Of a DNA stretch of 64,000 nucleotides, positions 21,490 through 34,854 are shown piece after piece. The notes under the pieces are model-generated. The model searched no databases. It saw only the letters and a program-made list of their open reading frames with translations, and was not told where the DNA came from. Source of the stretch: an uncultured Thiomicrospira sp. (lineage in GTDB: Bacteria > Pseudomonadota > Gammaproteobacteria > CAKMZV01). Every line of letters begins with the position of its first letter. The first letter of the stretch is position 1. Made by a program: the position numbers and the translations under genes. The stretch covers positions 704,001-768,000 of the forward strand of contig OZ239628.1 of the NCBI GenBank assembly GCA_965195345.1. The letters are read 5' to 3'.

Positions 21490-21698
21490 ATTTAGTTTCC
21501 TTAATAGTTAGTTTTCAGTAAAACACCAGCAATCGTGATTTTATTTTTCTATAATTATTTCTGACATGGTCATTTTTCCTACACATGTATATGATTCAAA
21601 TGTCGCCAGAAAAAAGCACACCGTTAACTTACCACAAAGCAAGTGGTAATGGATTAGCTTGGAGAAGTTTTTTTCGTTTTTAGTGTGTGAAATAAATG

Positions 21699-22235
21699 CT
21701 ATTGGTAGGTAACTTGCACGCCAATTTCTTCTAACATTGTTGGAAGGGTTATGCAACGTATTCTCTCATGTGAGCATATTTTTGGCATTTTCAAAAACAT
21801 TTTACTGTCATTATCCTCTGATGATTCTTCTGTCACCACAGAGACATCAGACCCTTTCAGCTCCAATGCATATAGGATCAATTGAAAATCTGCACCATCA
21901 ATTGCCGCTTCCCTCTCTTTCTCGTACTCCTCAGAGGCTAATTCTTTTTGGTTTTTAATGCGCTTATTGCACCAATTATTATCAATACGTCTGTGGGTTT
22001 TTCCCTTTTCAACTTCGACCTTTTTTTGAGTTTTAACGCTTTTTAAAAAACCCAGTTTTTCAATTACCAGACCTTTTGATACACTGCCAATCTCTTCTTT
22101 TACAGAATCCAATAAAATTATTTGTTTTTCCGAAAAACTTGATTTGATTTTATTGAACAAGATATCTTCGTCATCAAAAGGTTGATAATAACGCACAAAA
22201 GATAATAAAGAAGACGTATCTATTACAAATTTCAA
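21699..22235 (-). CDS. PIN-domain protein (DUF4411-like)
   Basis: FVIDTSSL, V.EE, ADFQLILYA, VVTEE, KMPKIC; 4-bp overlap with the upstream peptidase gene. Confidence 0.8.
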   Translation of the reverse strand: MKFVIDTSSLLSFVRYYQPFDDEDILFNKIKSSFSEKQIILLDSVKEEIGSVSKGLVIEKLGFLKSVKTQKKVEVEKGKTHRRIDNNWCNKRIKNQKELASEEYEKEREAAIDGADFQLILYALELKGSDVSVVTEESSEDNDSKMFLKMPKICSHERIRCITLPTMLEEIGVQVTYQ

Positions 22236-23440
22236 AAGTCATCCCCGTAAAGAAATGTATCTATATATCCCTTCTTGACTTGCTTAATATTTGGCTTAAA
22301 GCGTTTAATGATATCCATTTCTTCAATAGTCCCTTCAAAAAAAGCATAGTGATATACTCTTTTTTCTAAATTTGAATGAATTGGCTTTGGTTGTGAGAAA
22401 AATTGGATTTTCCCTTGTCTTGTGTCCTCTTCCCTTTTTTCTGCATCTCTGAGCATTTTCTCGTTATGTTCATCTTTTAAAGACAGTCTAAGACTTTCGT
22501 ATGCCCTCCAAGTAATTTTTTGTTCATTGAGGAAGTGTGCATAGATAGCTAATCTGCTGATATGAATATCCTTTGATAATTTTTTTATTTCAGCATTATG
22601 TATATCAGGTTGATCATCAAATTTTTTATACATTTCTTCAGTGGTTGTTTTCTCATTTAAAATAAATGCAAATGCAAATGCATTACACCAATTCTCTATA
22701 TCTTTCAAGCTTTCTTCGCGGGCTTTTTTAAATGGAGATTGATCAATCTCTTCAGAGTCAAGAAGATAATGACCAAGTTCATGAGCTAATGTAAATATCT
22801 CTCTTTTAAATGCATTTTGTTGACGTTTAATGGCAATAGTATTTGGTTTTAAAAACACTCCCTCCCAAGATATTGCTTTGTCAGGTTTTGTGTGGTTTCT
22901 GTCAATAAATTCATAGACTATGATTCCTAAATTAGCAAATGTTTGAATCATTAAGTTCAAATATTTTCGATCATCTCTACAATTATTTAACTTTGTGAAA
23001 TCAACTTGATCTCTAATTTTTTGCGCAACTATTTGAGGGTTGGTTCGCACATCGTAAGTTTTTAATTGCCGTTTTGGAAGTTTATATCCCGAAAGTTTTA
23101 CAACAGCGCTTAGTCCTTGCGAAGAAGATTCAATTTCGCTTATTTTCATACGATCGCGAAACTCTAATGGACTATTAAATGATTCTTTACGAAAGAATAA
23201 AGATGTGTCTCCTGATCTTGGAATATCTTGAGGATTAGTGTAGAAAGATAACCCTTTTTTGAAAAAAGCTTTATCAAGTGCCTTCAATGCATTTAACAGA
23301 ATGTTTGAACAAAAAACATTAGATTCGCTGAATTCTCTCTTGCGTTTTGCATTGATTTTTTCCAATATATCATGCTTATTAACATCGTACAATTCCATCA
23401 GATGTTCAAGCCTTTTATAGTTTATTTCTATTGTGCTCAT
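22232..23440 (-). CDS. ImmA/IrrE family metallo-endopeptidase
   Basis: REIFTLAHELGH (HExxH), E.WCNAFA, IS..A motifs; degenerate HTH-like N-terminus. Confidence 0.85.
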   Translation of the reverse strand: MSTIEINYKRLEHLMELYDVNKHDILEKINAKRKREFSESNVFCSNILLNALKALDKAFFKKGLSFYTNPQDIPRSGDTSLFFRKESFNSPLEFRDRMKISEIESSSQGLSAVVKLSGYKLPKRQLKTYDVRTNPQIVAQKIRDQVDFTKLNNCRDDRKYLNLMIQTFANLGIIVYEFIDRNHTKPDKAISWEGVFLKPNTIAIKRQQNAFKREIFTLAHELGHYLLDSEEIDQSPFKKAREESLKDIENWCNAFAFAFILNEKTTTEEMYKKFDDQPDIHNAEIKKLSKDIHISRLAIYAHFLNEQKITWRAYESLRLSLKDEHNEKMLRDAEKREEDTRQGKIQFFSQPKPIHSNLEKRVYHYAFFEGTIEEMDIIKRFKPNIKQVKKGYIDTFLYGDDF

Positions 23441-23912
23441 AAAATCTAAATTATGTGGAATATTTCAGTGCAGTGAATTTTTGAACAATCATTTTAACTG
23501 AATTAGCAGATGTTATTCAATCCATTTAACTTGAAGCATTTTCTCCGAAAGTCTAATTTTGCAGATTTGCAGATAAGAGAAGCGCGATGCGCGGTAAAAT
23601 GTCGTTGCTCTGTGGGGTTACGTTTCCTCGGTCATAGTAGTCTAATTCCCACTGTGCCAAGGCAAGTTTAGCTGAGTCTGCGCGTGAGCGCTTTAAAAAA
23701 GCAGCAACAGGAGATGTGGTTGTAATCAACTGAAGTGTGGTTTACTTTTCGTAATTTATACTGAAAAGTGCCACTAAACAAGTATTTTTCAATTAAACCG
23801 GCGTTATTTTATTGAATGTGATTAATGACGGAATTTTTATTAAAACCATCATTTAAAAGCAGCACCTTATTAAGGTAAAACCATTTTTTCTAAAAGTTGA
23901 GGCGTTTTTGTC

Positions 23913-23948
23913 CTGCAAGAACGCATGCGAAATAATATAATGCGCGCC
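23913..23948 (+). promoter_or_regulatory. Probable sigma70 promoter of the atp operon
   Basis: TATAAT at 23936-23941 followed by GC-rich discriminator GCGCGCC; weak -35 (CTGCAA) 17 bp upstream. Confidence 0.45.
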
Positions 23949-23952
23949 GCAC

Positions 23953-24195
23953 ATGAAGAAGCCATCGCAATCAGTAAACTTTTTGTTATCAGGAATGGGT
24001 ACTATGTTTGCGGCAATGGTTATAGTGGGTTTTGGGTTGGGTTATCTGCTAGATTCCATTTTTGATACGCGACCATGGTTGATGATAGGAACAGGACTGC
24101 TTGGGTTGATTGGTGGCTTTTTTCGAATGAATGAGATGCTAAAACAAGTTTCAGAGCTTCAAGAAAAAATATTGAAGGAAAAAGAAGAACAGTGA
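23953..24195 (+). CDS. AtpZ/AtpI-family small membrane protein
   Basis: GFGLGYLLDSIFDTRPW motif; first gene of the atp operon. Confidence 0.85.
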   Translation: MKKPSQSVNFLLSGMGTMFAAMVIVGFGLGYLLDSIFDTRPWLMIGTGLLGLIGGFFRMNEMLKQVSELQEKILKEKEEQ

Positions 24196-24572
24196 ATACG
24201 AAACCATCTTCCCAGAAAAAAAAGGCATTTTTAATTCAAATGGTTGTGGCAGTTTTAGTAGCTCTAATGTATGCGATTTTGAACCCCACGACTGTGTATG
24301 CCCTGGTTTACAGTGTTTTTGTGGGGATGGTTTACGCAATGATATTGATGCTGAGTTCAAAGTTATCAGATACGGCATCTGAGCGCGATCCAAGGCAAGG
24401 CATGATGGTTCTTTATGCTGGCGCGGTTATTCGCTTTTTATTGGTTGGTGCTTTGCTTGCGATAGGGATAAGAAATTGGGTAGAAACGCCACTTCCAGTG
24501 GTTTTACCGTTTATGATAATGCTGTTTGCACCAATGCTTTTATTGATCAATAAAAAGCGCTTGACAGACTAG
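24192..24572 (+). CDS. atpI: ATP synthase protein I
   Basis: Four hydrophobic segments; immediately before atpB. Confidence 0.75.
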   Translation: MNTKPSSQKKKAFLIQMVVAVLVALMYAILNPTTVYALVYSVFVGMVYAMILMLSSKLSDTASERDPRQGMMVLYAGAVIRFLLVGALLAIGIRNWVETPLPVVLPFMIMLFAPMLLLINKKRLTD

Positions 24573-24595
24573 TAGAAATAATTTTGAGAGATTGA

Positions 24596-25456
<861 letters not shown>

Positions 25457-25490
25457 TCATTTTCAAATTTAAAAAAATAGGAGTACTCTA

Positions 25491-25736
25491 ATGGAAGCAA
25501 TTATTTCATCGACAGCTATAGCGGTGGGCATGATGTTGGCAGCAGCGGGATTGGGTTCAGCCATTGGTTGGGGTTTAATTTGTGCAAAAACTCTTGAAGG
25601 GATTGCACGTCAACCTGAAATGCGTCCTGTATTGATGACAAATACATTTATTTTTGCCGGACTTATGGAGTCATTTCCATTTATCATTTTGGCGTTTGCT
25701 ATGTGGTTTACATTTGCAAATCCATTTTTGGGTTAA
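25491..25736 (+). CDS. atpE: ATP synthase F0 subunit c
   Basis: ARQPE loop, two TM helices, carboxylate in GLMESFP. Confidence 0.97.
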   Translation: MEAIISSTAIAVGMMLAAAGLGSAIGWGLICAKTLEGIARQPEMRPVLMTNTFIFAGLMESFPFIILAFAMWFTFANPFLG

Positions 25737-25771
25737 ATCCATCCTTCACAACCCACTAAACGGAGAAGACC

Positions 25772-26248
25772 GTGGAAATTAATATTACACTGTTTATTCA
25801 AGTTGTCGCCTTTTTGGTGTTGATTTACTTTGTGCGCAAAGTATTGTGGGGACCTATGGTTTCTGCAATGGAAGCGCGTCAAAAGAAAATTGAAGATGGT
25901 CTTGAGGCTGCTAATGAAGGACGAAATCAGCTTGAAAAGGCTGAAGAAAATGCACGTGATATTTTAGCTGAAGCCAAAAAAGAAGCATCTAGTATGTTGG
26001 ATGACACGCACAAACGCGAAGCTGAGATTATTGAAGCGGCAAAAGAGGCTGCTATTGAAGAGGCGAATAAAATTCGTCTTGCTAATGATGCAGCTGTTGA
26101 GCAACAAATTTCCAGCGCACGCGAAGCTTTGCGTGAGGAAGTGGGCTCTTTGGTTATTGAGGCAGCTAAAAAAGTTATTATGCGCGAATTGGACGATAAA
26201 AAACATGCGGATATCATTCAAGATGCAACCAATAAATTAGCATCATGA
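25772..26248 (+). CDS. atpF: ATP synthase F0 subunit b
   Basis: N-terminal TM (INITLFIQ), coiled coil RQKKIEDGL; operon position. Confidence 0.95.
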   Translation: MEINITLFIQVVAFLVLIYFVRKVLWGPMVSAMEARQKKIEDGLEAANEGRNQLEKAEENARDILAEAKKEASSMLDDTHKREAEIIEAAKEAAIEEANKIRLANDAAVEQQISSAREALREEVGSLVIEAAKKVIMRELDDKKHADIIQDATNKLAS

Positions 26249-26784
26249 GTTCACAAGCAGCTATAGCAAGACCCTATGCCAAAGCTATTTTTGAAATGGC
26301 CGTGGATGGTGATTCTGGAGAGAATTGGCGTGAATCGTTAACTGTATTGAGCAAAGCATTGGAAGATGAAAAACTCTCCAAATTGATCAACGACCCACGT
26401 GTTGAAAAAAGTATTTTGAGTGATGTTTTAAGTCAGGTTCTGGCAAAAAATGGCTTTAATGAGAGTCAAGTGAATTTGGTTCAGCTTTTGACAGAGAACA
26501 AACGTTTGAGTATGTTCAATGAGGTGAGAGATGCTTTTAATAAATTACTTGATGAGTATCAACAAAAAAAGCATTGCAAAGTCCTATCTGCAGTAGTGTT
26601 GAATAGCGAGCAACAAAATAACGTTAGAAAATCTTTGAGTAAAAGATTTGGTGGTGAGATTGACGTTCTTTATGAGGTTGATGCTTCTGTAATAGGTGGT
26701 TTGCGTATAGAAATGAACGACAGAGTTATTGATGAGACTCTGTTAAGGCGTATTAAACAGTTAGAAAGTGACATTCTGCAGTGA
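26245..26784 (+). CDS. atpH: ATP synthase F1 subunit delta
   Basis: IARPYAKAIF, ENKRL, IGGL; operon position. Confidence 0.95.
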   Translation: MSSQAAIARPYAKAIFEMAVDGDSGENWRESLTVLSKALEDEKLSKLINDPRVEKSILSDVLSQVLAKNGFNESQVNLVQLLTENKRLSMFNEVRDAFNKLLDEYQQKKHCKVLSAVVLNSEQQNNVRKSLSKRFGGEIDVLYEVDASVIGGLRIEMNDRVIDETLLRRIKQLESDILQ

Positions 26785-26792
26785 GGTAACAC

Positions 26793-28331
26793 ATGCAACT
26801 TAACCCTTCTGAAATTAGTGATTTAATTAAAAAACGTATTGACGCTTCCGATGTCAGTGCGCAAGAAACAAATGAAGGCAGTATTATTACGATTGCCGAT
26901 GGTATCGCCCTTATATATGGGCTTTCCGATGTGCAGTACGGTGAGATGGTACAACTGGATGAGACAACGTTTGGATTGGCTCTTAACTTAGAAGAAGACT
27001 CTGTCGGTGTGGCAGTGTTGGGCGCTTACGAACATTTGTCGGAAGGAGATAAAGTCAAATGTACAGGGCGTATTCTTGATGTGCCAGTTGGCGAAGCGTT
27101 GCTTGGACGTGTTGTTGACGCTTTGGGTCGACCCATTGACGGCAAAGGTGAAATAAAATCCACTGAACGTAGTCCAGTAGAACGTATTGCTCCTGGTGTT
27201 ATTGCACGTCAAAGTGTATCTCAAGCAATGCAAACAGGCATTACTTCGATTGACGCTATGGTACCTATTGGTCGTGGTCAACGTGAACTAATTATTGGTG
27301 ATCGCCAAACTGGGAAAACTGCCATTGCGATTGACGCGATTATTAATCAAAAGCATACAGGCGTTAAATGTGTTTACGTTGCCATTGGTCAAAAGGCTTC
27401 CTCAGTTCGTTCAATCATAACGAGACTTGAAGAAGCAGGGGCGATGAGTTATACAACGGTTGTGGCTGCTAATGCTTCTGATGCGTCTGCTCTGCAATTT
27501 TTAGCACCGTATTCAGGGTGCTCAATGGGCGAATATTTTCGTGACCGAGGCGAAGATTCGTTGATTATCTATGATGATTTGACAAAACAAGCTTGGGCAT
27601 ATCGTCAAATATCCCTATTGTTGCGCCGTCCTCCTGGTCGTGAAGCTTACCCAGGTGACGTTTTCTATTTGCATTCGCGTTTGCTTGAAAGAGCCTCTCG
27701 AGTGAATGTCGAATATGTTGAAAAGCATACAAACGGTAAAGTAACAGGAAAAACGGGATCGTTGACGGCATTGCCTATCATTGAAACACAAGCGGGTGAC
27801 GTATCAGCATTTGTTCCAACCAATGTTATTTCAATTACAGATGGACAAATATTCCTTGAAACGAGTTTGTTTGCACAAGGTGTTCGTCCTGCTATAAATG
27901 CTGGATTGTCTGTTTCTCGAGTTGGTGGGGCGGCTCAGACTAAGATTATTAAAAAACTTGGTGGGGGCGTTCGTCTTGACCTTGCTCAATATCGTGAGTT
28001 ACAAGCCTTTTCACAGTTTGCTTCAGATTTAGATGACGCTACTCGTGCACAACTTGAACGCGGTCAACGTGTTACCGAGTTAATGAAACAGCCACAATAC
28101 TCTCCACGATCATTAGCTGAAATGGGAATCTCCTTATACGCAGCGAATAATGGTTATTTGGATGATATTGATGTTTCTCGAATAGTCGAGTTTGAAAAAG
28201 GTTTGCATCAGAACCTTAATTCGACGGCTAAAAAATTAGTCGAGAAGATAAACGAAGCAGGTGATTTCAATGAGGAAATTGAAGCTGAATTGAAAGAGAC
28301 ACTTGTGGGTTATAAAAAAACATTTGTATAA
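26793..28331 (+). CDS. atpA: ATP synthase F1 subunit alpha
   Basis: [28 protein letters not shown]. Confidence 0.99.
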   Translation: MQLNPSEISDLIKKRIDASDVSAQETNEGSIITIADGIALIYGLSDVQYGEMVQLDETTFGLALNLEEDSVGVAVLGAYEHLSEGDKVKCTGRILDVPVGEALLGRVVDALGRPIDGKGEIKSTERSPVERIAPGVIARQSVSQAMQTGITSIDAMVPIGRGQRELIIGDRQTGKTAIAIDAIINQKHTGVKCVYVAIGQKASSVRSIITRLEEAGAMSYTTVVAANASDASALQFLAPYSGCSMGEYFRDRGEDSLIIYDDLTKQAWAYRQISLLLRRPPGREAYPGDVFYLHSRLLERASRVNVEYVEKHTNGKVTGKTGSLTALPIIETQAGDVSAFVPTNVISITDGQIFLETSLFAQGVRPAINAGLSVSRVGGAAQTKIIKKLGGGVRLDLAQYRELQAFSQFASDLDDATRAQLERGQRVTELMKQPQYSPRSLAEMGISLYAANNGYLDDIDVSRIVEFEKGLHQNLNSTAKKLVEKINEAGDFNEEIEAELKETLVGYKKTFV

Positions 28332-28344
28332 AGCGGAGTAAGTA

Positions 28345-30611
<2,267 letters not shown>

Positions 30612-30640
30612 GATTGATCATCGCATAAAGGGAATAAATA

Positions 30641-31072
30641 GTGTCTGTAATAAATGTTGATATAGTAAGTGCTGAAGAGTCTATTTTTTCTGGGCAAGCT
30701 GAAATGGTTTTTGCTCCAGCTGAGGGCGGTGAAGTAGGTATTCTTCCAAAACACACGCCAATGCTTGCACAGCTAAAGCCGGGTGAAGTTTGTATACGTA
30801 ATGATGCCAATGATCAGTACTTCCTCATATCAGGTGGTTTCATCGAAATTCAACCTGATCAAGTCGTGATTTTGGCTGATACTGCTGTTCGTGCAAAGGA
30901 TATTGACGAAGCAAAAATTATGGAAGCTAAGAAAAAAGCAGAAGAAGCGATGGAAAATGCAAAAAGTGATTTTGACGTTGCTAAAGCGGAATCAGAATTA
31001 GTTAATCTTAACGCACAAATGCAAGCACTGTCTAAATTGCGTAGCAAACTGAAAACACAAGGGCACTCGTAG
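30641..31072 (+). CDS. atpC: ATP synthase F1 subunit epsilon
   Basis: DIVSAE, GEVGILPKH, SGGFIEI. Confidence 0.97.
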   Translation: MSVINVDIVSAEESIFSGQAEMVFAPAEGGEVGILPKHTPMLAQLKPGEVCIRNDANDQYFLISGGFIEIQPDQVVILADTAVRAKDIDEAKIMEAKKKAEEAMENAKSDFDVAKAESELVNLNAQMQALSKLRSKLKTQGHS

Positions 31073-31406
31073 TACATAATAGTAGTATGCTCTCTTAGGG
31101 CGATTTTAGTATCATCGCTGAATCCATTATAAAGAGTCGATTTTCGACTTTCAGTCTCTGGATACTGGACGTTTAGTATTTAAAAATATTCATCGTTCTT
31201 ATTCTCATCAAAGTCTGGCATATAGAATATTCTGTACCGTTATTTTTTGGCATACGGTGACCAAGAAGTAATTGAGAGTTCAATGCCCGTTTAATTTTAG
31301 GTATGTTCCATAAATACACATATTGGTTTAGAGGAATCAATATAATTGCAGATATGGAATAAGTACCTATAAGATTTTTAATGAATTTCAAAAAAAGGAA
31401 AATTAA

Positions 31407-31691
31407 ATGAAAATTACCAAACAAGTTGTTTTTATTGCAAAAGATGGTTGTGTAGAAGAATTGAAGCGTTTGTTATCCACCATGGTTTTACCGTCCAAAG
31501 CGTCAAATGGCTGTGAGTTGTATGACATTTTCCAAGCACGTGATGAGTCAAATAAATTTATAGTTGTTGAGTCATGGCGTGATGAAAAAGCTTTGGATGG
31601 GCATAAGTCATCTGCTCATTATGCGCATTATAAGTCCAATTTTGAGCAATATTGTGCTGACAAATATGTCATAGATTTAGACTTTATTTGA
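31407..31691 (+). CDS. ABM-domain protein (putative quinol monooxygenase/LsrG-like)
   Basis: GCELYD...FIVVESW...ALDGHKSSAHY ABM pattern; co-oriented with lsrK. Confidence 0.75.
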   Translation: MKITKQVVFIAKDGCVEELKRLLSTMVLPSKASNGCELYDIFQARDESNKFIVVESWRDEKALDGHKSSAHYAHYKSNFEQYCADKYVIDLDFI

Positions 31692-31710
31692 CCTTCATCA
31701 ATTTTTAAAG

Positions 31711-32886
31711 ATGAAAAATTTATGGTCCGAAGAAATAGCGAGTAGCTTTACAGGTGATGTAGCTAAGCGCGTTTACACATCAAACCTTATTGGTCAAGAT
31801 GATCGTTTAGTCTTGCATGGGGGAGGAAACACGTCAGTCAAATCTACTGTAGATATGGAAGAAATTCTATTTGTTAAAGGTAGTGGATGGGATTTAATTA
31901 CCATTAAAGAAGAAGGTTTTTCTCCAGTTCGAATGCATACGTTGTTGGAATTGGCTCAATTGGAGCACTTAACTGACAGTGATATGGTTGTGCGACAAAA
32001 AGCTGCAATGCTTGATTTATCTGCGCCTAATCCATCGGTAGAAGCTATTCTGCACGCTTTAATTCCATTCAAATACGTAGATCATTCGCATGCAGACGTT
32101 GTTGTTACTATTTCTAACTCTGTGCAGGGAAAGGAGTTGATTGCTGACTTATATGGCGATTATCTTATCGTTCCTTATGTTATGCCAGGATTTTTATTGG
32201 CACAAAAAATTTATAGTATGACACGCAACTTTGATTGGGGAAAGTGTGCTGGTATCATACTGCACAATCACGGAATTTTTACTTTCGATGATGATGCAAA
32301 AATCAGCTATGAAAAAATGATTGATGGCGTAAACAAAGCAGAGGAGTATTTATTGAAAAATACATCTCTACAAGATAGTGGGGAAGTTGCTGAGGATTTC
32401 GATTTTGAAACACTGAAGAAATTGATTAGCCAAGCTAAAAATTTTGATGCACACCTTCATGTTAATCAATCACAGTTAGCCCTTAACTACGCTTCACAAC
32501 CTAATCTTAATGCCTTTGCAACACGTGGAATGCTAACGCCTGAACACATTATTCGTACTAAAAGATGCCCATTAGTATTGAATAAGGGACAGGATGTAGC
32601 TGGCACAATTGAAGAATATAAGCATGATTATTCTAATTATTTTGATGCATTTTCTCATGGCGAGTTATGTCTTAATGCAGCACCAAACTATGCCGTTATT
32701 GCTGGAGTAGGGGTTGTTAGCTTTGGGAAAAATGAAAAAGAATCGAGTATTATCAACGACATTGTTGAACACACTATGGAGGCAGTGTTGCGTGCGGATC
32801 AATTGGGTGGGTATCAAAGTATTGGACTAAAAGATAGTTTTGATATGGAGTATTGGGAATTAGAACAAGCAAAATTAAAAAAATAG
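31711..32886 (+). CDS. Class II aldolase/adducin family protein (RhaD-like domain without the SDR half)
   Basis: GGNTSVK, KGSG, PSVEAILH, HSH, NHG; ends at YWELEQAKL. Confidence 0.85.
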   Translation: MKNLWSEEIASSFTGDVAKRVYTSNLIGQDDRLVLHGGGNTSVKSTVDMEEILFVKGSGWDLITIKEEGFSPVRMHTLLELAQLEHLTDSDMVVRQKAAMLDLSAPNPSVEAILHALIPFKYVDHSHADVVVTISNSVQGKELIADLYGDYLIVPYVMPGFLLAQKIYSMTRNFDWGKCAGIILHNHGIFTFDDDAKISYEKMIDGVNKAEEYLLKNTSLQDSGEVAEDFDFETLKKLISQAKNFDAHLHVNQSQLALNYASQPNLNAFATRGMLTPEHIIRTKRCPLVLNKGQDVAGTIEEYKHDYSNYFDAFSHGELCLNAAPNYAVIAGVGVVSFGKNEKESSIINDIVEHTMEAVLRADQLGGYQSIGLKDSFDMEYWELEQAKLKK

Positions 32887-32895
32887 TCGTTCATC

Positions 32896-34464
32896 ATGGG
32901 AAAATATTTAATGGCAATAGATGCGGGTACAGGCAGTGTCAGATCCGTCATTTTTGATTTGAAGGGACAACAAGTTGCCATGGCGCAACAAGAGTGGCAT
33001 CATTTGGAGGAAGACGGGGTTGCCAGTAGCATGACTTTTGACTATAGTTCCAATTGGAACTTGGTCGTCGCTTGTATTAAAAAATCTTTGACTGAAAGTG
33101 GTTTACAAGGCACGGATATTGCCGCAGTAAGCGCTACCAGTATGCGCGAGGGGATACTTGCTTACGATGCTAAAGGCGATGCTGTTTGGGGAGTCGCCAA
33201 TGTGGATGCTCGTGCTAGTCAAGAGGTTGCTTATTTAAAATCAACATTTCCAAATGTTGAAGAGGAGTTCTACCAGCAATCAGGACAAACCTTTGCCTTA
33301 GGAGCCTTACCTCGATTGCTTTGGTTAAAAAGGCATCGAAAAAATATATATGACAAAGTTGCCAAAATTTCCATGATAAGTGATTGGGTTTTAGCGCGAT
33401 TGAGTGGAGTTATCGCTACTGACCCGAGTAACGCTGGCACTACAGGTATATTTGATTTAAAAACCCGAAACTGGTTGCCTGAAATGGCAGAAAAAATCGG
33501 AATAAAAGAAAGTATCTTTCCTGAAGTTTTAGAGTCAGGAACAGTGATGGGTAAGGTGCGCTCAAAAGTCGCTTGTGAGACGGGTCTTTCAACGGACACA
33601 CTGGTTGTGATGGGAGGAGGAGATGTTCAATTAGGCGCTGCTGGTTTAGGAGTGGTTCGTACATCGCAAGTCGCGATACTAGGCGGTTCATTTTGGCAAC
33701 AAGTTGTCAATATTGATGCCCAAACGCCACCTCCAGCTGATATGGGGATACGAGTTAATCCACATGTTATAAAAGGACAGTCCCAAGCAGAAGGAATTAC
33801 TTTTTTTAGCGGTTTAATCATGCGTTGGTTTCGCGATGTGTTTTGCTCAGAAGAAGTACGCAGAGCACAAGAAGAGGGTGTTGATGCTTATGCTTTATTA
33901 GAAGAACAAGCAAGCATGGTACCGATTGGATCACACGGTATTTTGCCAATTTTTTCCGATTCAATGAAGTATGGTAAATGGCAGCATGCAGCCCCTTCAT
34001 TTGTGAATTTATCTATTGATTCAACAATGTGCAACAAAGGATCTCTATTTCGATCTTTACAAGAAAATGCGTGCATTGTGTCCGCTATCAATTTAAATAA
34101 AATTAAACATTTCACAGGAATAGAGTTCGATGAAATAGTTTTTGCAGGTGGTGCAAGTAAAGGATTCTTATGGCCTCAAATATTAGCCGATGTTTGTGGT
34201 TGTACAGTGAAAATTCCAAAAGTGACTGAAGCAACTGCTTTGGGAGTGGCAATAACTGCAGGCGTTGGAGCAGGTATTTATTCTTCGATTGAGAATGCTG
34301 CGGAAAGCCTTGTTTCTTGGGATCGTTTTTTTCACCCAAATCATGAGAATTTCAAACAATATATCGAGATACGACAACAATGGCAAAAAGTTTACGAGAA
34401 ACAAATGCAATTAGTCGATGAAGGGCTAACGAAATCGATGTGGAAAGCACCAGGCATTTTATAA
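32896..34464 (+). CDS. lsrK: Autoinducer-2 kinase (FGGY family)
   Basis: YLMAIDAGTGS, TSMREG, NVDARA, SGQTFALGALPRL, DPSNAGT, GGSFWQQ, MWKAPG are typical of LsrK. Confidence 0.88.
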   Translation: MGKYLMAIDAGTGSVRSVIFDLKGQQVAMAQQEWHHLEEDGVASSMTFDYSSNWNLVVACIKKSLTESGLQGTDIAAVSATSMREGILAYDAKGDAVWGVANVDARASQEVAYLKSTFPNVEEEFYQQSGQTFALGALPRLLWLKRHRKNIYDKVAKISMISDWVLARLSGVIATDPSNAGTTGIFDLKTRNWLPEMAEKIGIKESIFPEVLESGTVMGKVRSKVACETGLSTDTLVVMGGGDVQLGAAGLGVVRTSQVAILGGSFWQQVVNIDAQTPPPADMGIRVNPHVIKGQSQAEGITFFSGLIMRWFRDVFCSEEVRRAQEEGVDAYALLEEQASMVPIGSHGILPIFSDSMKYGKWQHAAPSFVNLSIDSTMCNKGSLFRSLQENACIVSAINLNKIKHFTGIEFDEIVFAGGASKGFLWPQILADVCGCTVKIPKVTEATALGVAITAGVGAGIYSSIENAAESLVSWDRFFHPNHENFKQYIEIRQQWQKVYEKQMQLVDEGLTKSMWKAPGIL

Positions 34465-34854
34465 ATTGGCTGATTTATTAAATAGTATCATCTTTTTTGA
34501 GCCATTTTCTATACTTTAATTTGTGTTCAAAGAAATATCCAATAGTATCTGAAACGTTCTTGTTTATCTTGAACGGTGCTGCTACCAATAAACGAGCCTG
34601 TTCGATCAAATCTTTATTAGCTCTGATGATTTTTCTATAAAGGAATCTGCAAGAACATATATGTTTCTTGAAATTGATATGAAGAGCAAAGGGGATTGTA
34701 AAAATGAGGTGAAAATTTTTTAACAATATCTGGTATATGTCTTAAATGATATATATAATATATTGTTTTAAGTTGGTTGGTTTATGCGATTGATTCATTT
34801 TGTTGAGATTATTAAAAAAAGTTGAATTCATCAGATTGCATTAATTGAATTGTA

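Noticed and set aside
20950-21700. VOC gene as an integron cassette
   Set aside because: No convincing attC (paired RYYYAAC/GTTRRRY with hairpin) and no integrase were seen.
25491-25736. Glu-Ser (MESF) in the c subunit suggesting a Na+-coupled ATP synthase
   Set aside because: The other Na+ ligands are absent: W at the helix-1 Gln position and no Thr/Tyr after ES. H+ coupling is more likely.
31173-34726. Minus-strand ORFs 31173-31424 and 34478-34726 flanking the lsr cassette
   Set aside because: AT-rich, with no recognisable motifs or RBS; likely spurious.
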